The position numbers and the translations under genes were made by a program. From Eledone cirrhosa (lineage: Eukaryota): a stretch of DNA of 64,000 bases. The stretch is taken from NCBI GenBank assembly GCA_964016885.1, contig OZ024742.1:50282001-50346000 (forward strand). Direction: 5' to 3'. Position 1 is the first letter of the stretch, and each line of letters begins with the position of its first letter. Of the stretch, positions 55,728 to 64,000 are shown one piece after another. Under the pieces are notes generated by a model. The model ran no database searches and was not told where the DNA came from. It saw only the letters and a program-made list of their open reading frames with translations.

Positions 55728-56840
55728 ATAGCTGACGTACCATGCTATGCATGGGTAAACACATGATAAGAGAAGACTTAAAAAAGAAAATGACTGTATT
55801 GGTTTTCCAGATACAACAGATTCTTCGAGGGGAGGAGAGTTTAGTGTTAATGAATGGACTGACGGGGATTAGAAGAGAGTGCCGGGTCGTAGATATAGAG
55901 AGGGGTATAGTTTAATGGCAGTAGATGTAAAAGAGAGAGTTATGAGAGAGTGTTGTACGGTAGATAAAGAGAGGGGAGACTTTAGTGGTTATGGATTTAG
56001 AGAGTCATATGGTGAGACAGTGCGGTGTGATTGATTGGGGAGAATTTGGTGGTAGTAGAGTGGGATGATGGGTGAACATGTTGTATGGTAGATATAGAGA
56101 GATGGAGAGGTTGCTGCTAGTAGACATAGAGATGGGTTTTGGGAGGGACAAGTGTATGGTAGATATAGAGAGGGGGAGATTTTTGTGGTAGTAGATATAA
56201 AGAGGGGTGTTGGGAGATATTGGTATTGTTAGATAGAGAGAGGAAAGAAGATGCTGGTAGTAGATAGAGAGAGGGCTTTTGTGAGAGAGTGTTGTACGGT
56301 AGATATAGAGAGGGGGAGATATTACTGGTAGTACATATAGAGATGTGGTTGGTGAGAGTTTTGTACAGTAAATATGGGGATGGCGCGAGTTTATTGGCTA
56401 TGTGTATAGAAACGGAGTTAATGAGAGAGTGCCGTGTGGTAGATATATGTAGAGAGAGAGTTTGATGGTAGTAAATATAGAGAGAGTGTTTTACCGTCCG
56501 TGCATAGTATATGATGACTTCTATGTGATTCTACTTGTGGTACATTGGTAAAAAGCGATTCTCTTGTATTCAATCCTACAACTTTGAAACTCTGACGTTG
56601 AGCTTTATTCATGGCTCTAACAGGAGCTGAATTCTTGAGATCAGCTCGGTAAAGGGGGGGGAAAGAGGAACCTTGGGAATAAATGTACTTTCTCCTTGAT
56701 GATTGCCTCCAAGAATTGTGGGTTCTAGGAGATGTTTCATCTTCTGCGTGACGATGAAGCGTGTCATTGCATACACGTCGTTGGTCTACGTTTCTCAAAG
56801 AGTTGATGGAATTTCCAATCTTTTATATTATATCCAGATT
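55728..56840 (-). mobile_element. Helitron derivative with purine-rich minisatellite and helicase remnant
   Basis: 3' hairpin plus CTA(G) at 55728-55760; MNKAQRQSFKVVGLNTRESLF resembles the TINKSQGQ helicase motif. Confidence 0.75.
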
Positions 56841-57423
56841 ATATATAAGCAATTATAAATCGATATACATATATATTTATATATAGATAATTATATATAA
56901 ATGTGTGTATATGTATGTATGTGTGTGTGCACGTGTGTGTGTGTGTGTGTGTGCATTTGTGTGTGTGGGTGCGTGCATGGGTGTAAGTGTCCGTGAGGGT
57001 ATGTGCGTCTGTGTGTGTAAACCAGCATTCGAATCGGACACGCGGGCCGAGGGAGTCGATCATCACTGACAACGAACGCGTAGAGATAATTCTTTATGGT
57101 TTATTCCCAACCGTCTAGAAATTGCAGTCAGGTTGGTGAGCATACACGAGATGTATTCCCTCTTTGATTTTATAGAATTAATATCGATAAACCTTCTCTC
57201 ATTCCATTGCTCTACTTGCTTTTCGATTATCACTTTTCGTTTTTGTTTGATGTGCGAAGGAACCGCCCAACAAACATCTTTCTTTTATATTATGTATAGA
57301 TGATCTTGTAAAATTACCTTTGCAAAATTTATGGTGATTGAAAAACATTTTCGTTTAATTTTGTTCCTATTTTCCATCAATAATTATTAAAACATATTTT
57401 AAATGTTAAAATATCCCTTTCAA

Positions 57424-57570
57424 TCTTCTTCTTCTTCTTCTTCTTCTTCTTCTTCTTCTTCTTCTTCTTCTTCTTCTTCTTCTTCTTCTTCTTCTTCTTC
57501 TTCTTCTTCTTCTTCTTCTTCTTCTTCTTCTTCTTCTTCTTCTTCTTCTTCTTCTTCTTCTTCTTCTTCT
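57424..57570. repeat. Perfect (TCT)n trinucleotide repeat
   Basis: Directly visible, about 49 units. Confidence 0.98.
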
Positions 57571-58254
57571 CACCAATACACTCGATGAAAATTATATGAA
57601 GTACCAGATGATTTCAAACGAATCAAACAGTCCAATAGAAATCTGTTTTTATACGAATATACATATATACATACATACAGACAAATATACATTCATATAC
57701 ATACATACATACATATACATACATACAGACATATACACACACATACAGACTCGCAGACAGACAGATAGAAGGAACACGACTAGTTAGGAAAATAAAGTAC
57801 ACTCCATTAATGGAATAGTAAAAATATGTAAAGTATTCCAAAAATTCTGCATCTAATAACTGCATATACACTTGTACAGGTACAAAGTATATACACATGC
57901 ACACATACAACTCAAAACATACATATCCACACATACATACCTTCATAACATCCATACCCGCACACACATGCATGCATGCAGACATGCATATTTATCTACG
58001 TAGTAGATGTTATGTAAATTCCAATGAGAGAGCCTTGTATCTATGTTAGAAAGCGACTCTCTTTCTATTGGCAACAATTTGTGAAATTATAAAACAAGAA
58101 GATCATACATACATACATACATACAAACATACACATATGTATATGCGACGACTTTGTTCTAGGGAGATCGGAAGCAGTCCAGAGCAAGGCTCAATGAATG
58201 TATATATGTATTATAGATATAGTAATCGTTAAAAATTCCAACATGGGTCTGTCG

Positions 58255-58440
58255 TACTCCTGGCAGTGGAGACTTCTGGTGTTCTCGGCCCCAGGGTACC
58301 TCCTTACTCACCAACATAGGCACTGAGCTGGCCAGCCGCAGGTGTGAGCCAAGCGATTTGGAGTGGCTTTTGCAGCCGGTCTCCCTTGCCGTCCTCCGGA
58401 GAAACGACTTCTCCATTCTGTCCCCCGGGTCTGAGGGTGG
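58255..58440 (+). mobile_element. 3' remnant of an RLE-type (CRE-like) non-LTR retrotransposon
   Basis: LAVETSGVLGP / LLTNIGTELA...WLLQPVSLAVLRRNDFSIL (one frameshift) resembles the AVET.G..G...QRLS.A..RGN C-terminus of restriction-like endonuclease elements. Confidence 0.65.
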
Positions 58441-58559
58441 GTCCCATCGCGTACCGCTGTAGTTGTTATATACAGATATTAACTCATCAATCCCATTGTC
58501 CTAATCCGAAAGCAGCATTTTACATTTGCATACGTACAATTGCTATCATCTCACATCTA

Positions 58560-61500
58560 CCTCAGTAACCATGGTTTAATTTATGGCTCTAGCCACAAAC
58601 TGTTTACTGTATTTAACGAGCTTGCAAATTATCCGAGATATACTCAGTCCAATTCTAACCACATTTTGATGCTTCTAACCACGTTTTCCGTCTCACGGTG
58701 AAATTTAACCGAAATTCTTAGCTATTATTCATAGAGAGCAGTAATTTTCGCAGATAGTTGGGATTGCTTCATTTTCAAAGTATAAATCACCTATCTCTTC
58801 AATAATTAATACATTTTGTTTACTTTCATCTCTAGTTGCAATCTATTTAAAATACCCTCTTAAATGAGACAGAATCTTTGCAGTTTCCCCTTAGCATGAA
58901 GGTGAGCGCGTATGCACAATATTCGAATAATACAGAGGTTAAATTTCCATAGGTCCTTCAGGTCACTATATCCGTTTGTAATAGTGTTCTTAAATACTAA
59001 GATGTGTACAAAAATATATTTACGTATGCATGATTTCAAGTAGGTGTTTGATTCGATCGAGCGAAAGTTGGTAATGAATAGAGTGAGGAGATCAGAAGAG
59101 AGTGCGTGTGGTAGATATAGAGAGGGGGAGAGTTAGTGGTGGTAGATATAGAGAAGAGTGTAAAAAGATACAGTTGTATAGTAGATATAGAGTGATGTTA
59201 GTAAAGGTAGGTGTATGGTAGATATAGAGAGGGGGAGTGTTTAGTGGTTAAGGACATAGAGAGGAAGATCACGATAGAGTGCCGTGTGGAATATATAAAG
59301 AGGGGGAGAGATTGCTGCTGGTAGGTACAAAGAGTTTAGTGGTTATATATAGAGAGAGAGAGGAAGATAATGAGAGTGTCTTGTGGTAGATAGAGAGAGA
59401 GGGGAAGAGAATACTGGTAGTAGATATAGAGAGGTTTGTTAGGAGAGATATAAAGAGGGAGAGAGATTAGTGATAATGGATAGAGAGAGGTGTGCAAGGA
59501 GAGATAGTGTCGTAATACATATAGAGAGGGAAGAGATTATTGGTAGATATAAAGAGGGAGAGAGTTTGATAGTAGTAGATATAGGGATAGTGTTGTCCGG
59601 TAGATATAGTGAGGGGGAGATTTTAGTGATTATGGATATAGAGAGGAAGATGATATGAGAGTGTCGTTTGGTTGTAAATACACAGAGGGGTGCTGAGAGT
59701 AATAGGTGTATGGTAGATAGATAAAGGGGGAGAGTTTTGTGGTGTTAGATGTAGAGAGGGGTATAATAAGAGACTGCTATGTGGTACTTTTATATAGAGA
59801 AAGAGAATTTGGTGGTAATAGATATAGAGTAGGGGTGGGAGAGATAAGTGTAGATAGATAAAGAAGAGGAGAGATTGGTGTTAATAGAGAAAATGAGGTG
59901 GAGTTGAAGAGAGTGTTGTATATTGTGGACTAGCTGACGTACCCAGCTTTGCCCGGGTAAACATATGATAAGAGAAGGCAGAGAAAATGACTGTTTAGTA
60001 TAGAACCTTATATCAAAAGGAATATATAGTAAGTTGTCCTGAAGTGTAATATTTAACGAGCTTGCAAATTATCCGAGATATACGGAGTCCGATTCTCCAT
60101 GGTGCTACTCACCACTGTTCCGTTGCTAGGTGAAATCCGAAATTCTAAGCTATTATTTATAGTGATCAGCAATTTTCACAGATATTTGGGTTTGCCAGAT
60201 GTTCATATTTCAAATCACCTAACTCTTCAATAATTAATAAATTTTGCTTACTTCCATCTCTAGTTCCAATCTATTTAAAATGCCCTCGTAAATAAGACAA
60301 ATCAGGGCAGGGCTGTAGTTACCCCTTAGCGTCATTGTGAATGTGTATGTCGAAAGATACAGAGGTGAAATTTCCATAAGTCCTTCTGGACACTATTTCC
60401 GTTCGTGATATTTTACCTAAATCCTAAGCTGTGCGCAAAATATACGTAAATATGCATGATTTGAAGAATGTGTTTGATTAGATTGCCCGAATGTTAGTAA
60501 TGAATATAACGAGGAAGATTAGAAGATAGTGTATGTGGTAGATATAGAGGGGGTGGAGTATGGTGGTGGTAGATATAGAGAAGTGTTTTGGGAGAGATAG
60601 GTGTAGATAGATTGAGAGAGGAGAAAGAGGATGCTGGTAGTAGATATACAGAGGGGGAGAGATTTCTGGTAGTAGATAGAGAGAAGGGTTGTGCGATAGA
60701 GTGTTGTACGTAGATATATAAAGGAATGAGTGTAGTGGTAGAGGACAAAGTGAGGGGTTTGAGAGAGATAGGTAAAAATAGACAGGGAGAGAGGGAGAAT
60801 GATGGTAGTATTTATAGAGAGGGGTGTTGGGAACGATATGTCTATGGTAGATATAGAGAAAGGGAGATTTGTTGTATATAGAGTTTAGTGGTTATGGATA
60901 TAAAAGGGAAGATAATGAGAGATTGCCGTGGGGCTGATAGAGAGAGGGGGAGATATTGCTGGTATTAGGTATACAGAGGAGTTTTGAAAGAGAGTGTTGA
61001 CTGGTAGATATAGAGAGAGGGAGAGTTTAGTGGTTAAGGATATACAGAGGATATAACACAATGAAATACTGCAGTGTGATAGATAGAGAGAGGGGGAGAG
61101 ATTGCTGGTAGTAGTTATAAAGAGAGGTGTTGAGGGAGAAAGAAGTCTGATAGATATATATTTCTATTTATTTGCCACCAGGGCATCAAAGATTGGGACA
61201 AATACAAAGGGGGGAGTTTACGTACATTTAAAAAGACGTGTAAAAAACATATAACAAATTAAATTTAACAATCGATGTCCTCACTAGGGAGGGGCGTTAA
61301 CATGGGTCGCACACACCCCCGAAAAAATGTGCAACCCTCCTCTTCAGGAGCACAAAGAGCGGGTGCTTCCTTCCTCTCCTCATTCTTCTCCTCTCTCACA
61401 TACAGGCTGATATAGAGAGAAGGCCCATTCACTCGGGCCATTCTCGCTACTTTCACCCATCTTTCATAAAACTTGCTGGGGTAGAGCACCTCTCTCTCCA

Positions 61501-64000
61501 TTCTGATCCTTCTTCTAAAGTGGTACTTGAAAAAAAAGACCAGTTGTTGGCCGGAGAGATAGGTGTCTGACCTCAGCCCTTTCAACCTTGTCCACCATAA
61601 AACTTCTTTCGCCATGGCTATCACACAGAGGAAAACCGCCTCTCCTTCGTTTTTGAAAGTGGGAGGCGGTTTAATTGTGACAATGTTCTCGGTGGTCAAC
61701 CGGATTGGTCCCACCCGCGACAGTAGTCGTTCTACATAGCCCCACAGGTCTGCAACACCCGGGCAGTGTACGAATGCTTGTGCGACGGTTTCCTCGTCAC
61801 GCCCGCATCTTGGACAGATCTTCTTCGAGGGGTCCCTACCCGGGCGCCCGTGTCTGTAGAGCTTGTCCCGAACGGGTAGAGCTCCTCGGTAACATTGCCA
61901 AGCCAGGGACTTTTGGAAGTTGTCCATCGGTCCCGGGCCAAACGTCCTACCGAACAGACTGGCCAGCTCGTCTTCCTCCATGCCCAGAGCCTGTCCGAGA
62001 GCGTCGTCGCACTTACTGCGCACCAACCCTCTATAGAATGTTGAGGTTGAGTCTCCACTGATTGCCGGATCCGCTTGCCAGAGGGCCGTGAGCGCCTGGG
62101 CACATTCAATGTGCCAGTCACCCATTTTTCTCGGTCTTTGCTTGATCCAGGATTGCAGCTCGGTGAGTGAGACGAGTCTCGGAAAGGCTCGCCTCACAAA
62201 CAGGGCCCACACTGGCTGACCGGTGAGGAATACCTGCAGGTGCCGTAGCCTTAATGCGTGTCTACGCATCGTCAGCCACGGCATCGCCAGCCCTCCGTTC
62301 GAAGGGTGTTGACAGCAGATGGATCTTCTCACCAAAGGAGCCCGCTTCTTCCAAAGAAATCGGAAGAGCGCGCGCTCAATTTTGGCGAGTGTTTTCTCTG
62401 GGCAAGGCACGACGGTCAAGCGGTAGTAGATGACGGACGCTATATAAGCGTTCGCCACCTCGCACTCGGCCCACTTCTGGGCGAGTGCAAACACCTTGCC
62501 CGTTACCTCGTCCCAGTTTTTCTCCACCTGGAGGTCCGGTCCGAACCAGACCCCGAGCAGCTTCACCGGTCCCTCCGTCCAGCGTCCGACGATGCCGTCG
62601 GAGGGCATCGTTTTGCCCCTCCACGTCCCGAGTTGCAAACCGACGGACTTGTCCCGGTTCAGCTTGGCTCCTGTGAACCTTTCATATTCCTCCAGTAAGG
62701 TGCCGATCTGCCCGATTTCCGAGGCGCACGACACCATTACTGTCACGTCATCGGCGTAGGCCGACACCGCTTTCCGCAATCCCGGTTCCAAGGGGATGCC
62801 CTGCAACAGCTCCAGCCTCCTCAGTAGTGGCTCGAGAGCCAGCACATATTGGAGGGAGGAGAGAGGGCATCCCTGTCGAATGGATCGCGTGATTTGGAAC
62901 GGCTCCGAGAGGTAGCCGTTCACCTTGACACTCGAGCAGTGAGGTAGAGATTGTAGTGATAAAGGATATTGAGAGTGGTACAGGGAAAGTTAGTTTCGTA
63001 ATAGATATAGAGAGAGGGGTAAATTGTTCGTGTTAGATAGAGAGAAGGGACGAGTTTGAAGGTAGTAGATATAAAGAGGGATATTGGGGAATATTGTTAT
63101 ATGGTAGATATAGAGAGGAGGAGAATTTAGTGGTTATGGAAATAGAGAGTGAGGTAATGAGAGTTTGACCTGGGGTAAATATAGAGAGGGGGAGAATAAG
63201 GGGCTAGTAGATATAGAGAGGGGTGTTGGGACAGATCGATATAGATAGATTGAAAGAGGAGAGGCATTGCTGGTAGTAGATATAGAGAGGGCTATTGGGA
63301 GAGATAGTGTCGTAATAGATATAGAGAGGCGGAAAATGAGAGTGCCCTGGGATTTATATTGGGACGGGGTGATTTTAGGGCTAATGAATAGAGAGTGGGG
63401 GAGTTAGAAGAGAGTATCGTATGGTGGATATAGTGAGGTAGGGAGCTTGGTGGTATTTGATATAGTGAGTTTTGTTGGGAGAGGGTGTTGTACGTTTGAT
63501 TTAGCGAAGGGGAGAGTTTGGTGATAGTAAATATAGAGAGTCCTTTTGGGAGAGATAGGTGTAGATTGGTAGAGAGAGGGGGAGAGGTTGATTCTAATTG
63601 ACAGAGTGAAGGGTATTGCGATAGAGTATGTTGTAGACTGACTGACGCACCCAGTTCCTCCCGAGTAAACAGATGACACGGGAAGATAGGTAGAAGAGAA
63701 AATGAGTGTATTGTATGTTTGTCTGGTTTACAGTATGAGGCGAGGCTGGCTATGTGTGCGTGACAAATGAAAACAGTAAACGATTTTTACCAGATACATA
63801 TTCTTCGTGCATAGTATATGAAGATTTATAGGTTTTTCCACTCGTGATCAAACTACATATAACTGTCAATGTGTAAAAAGGGATTCTCTTGTATTCAATC
63901 CTACAACGTTGAAACTCTGAGTCTGAACTTTATTTATGGTCATAGTAAAACTAGCTTTAACAAGGAACTGAAGTTTTGAGAATATTAAATCAGCTCGGTA
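58560..64000 (-). mobile_element. Tandem Helitron-derived array with GGTAGATATAGAGAGGGGGAGA-type minisatellite
   Basis: 3' termini at ~59930 and ~63638; ~58610-59100 is duplicated at ~60051-60530; helicase remnant LQFLVKASFTMTINKVQTQSFNVVGL at 63880-63975. Confidence 0.75.
61160..62940 (-). mobile_element. 5'-truncated Tx1/L1 LINE (RT C-half ORF 61265-62923) inserted in the Helitron array
   Basis: RQGCPLS, YADD, CPRC..C; paralogous to 35500-37260 including the 3' UTR CCCCCTTTGTATTTGTCCC. Confidence 0.95.

Noticed and set aside
57403-57588. Poly-serine ORF
   Set aside because: Translation of the (TCT)n microsatellite.

Overview
Gene-free, repeat-saturated eukaryotic window, most likely from an octopod genome (inferred from OK-type tRNA-derived SINEs and very dense (AT)n/(GT)n arrays). 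Most ORFs in the track are microsatellite artefacts, and no host gene can be supported. Recognisable elements are a near-intact Penelope-like element (PLE; RT + GIY-YIG) with an inverted 5' end, many PLE terminal remnants, a full-length decayed Tx1/L1 LINE plus a 3' fragment, an internally deleted Gypsy element with both LTRs and a TSD, a DD37D Tc1/mariner relic, CR1- and CRE-like LINE tails, Helitrons and SINEs. The main hidden signal is at the RNA level: about 25 type I hammerhead ribozyme (HHR) motifs, found by eye. Fourteen of them sit in two non-coding tandem-repeat families, A (~445 bp unit) and B (~340 bp unit), which look like retrozymes. The two families are otherwise dissimilar but share a compact snRNA-type promoter layout: octamer ATGCAAAT, 34 nt, TATATA, then GCAG about 23 nt later, just upstream of the HHR. 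They also have fixed 3' ends next to microsatellites and the same 5' inversions as the local PLEs. This suggests self-promoting, self-cleaving RNA elements mobilised by PLE machinery. All structures were read manually; activity and novelty need testing.
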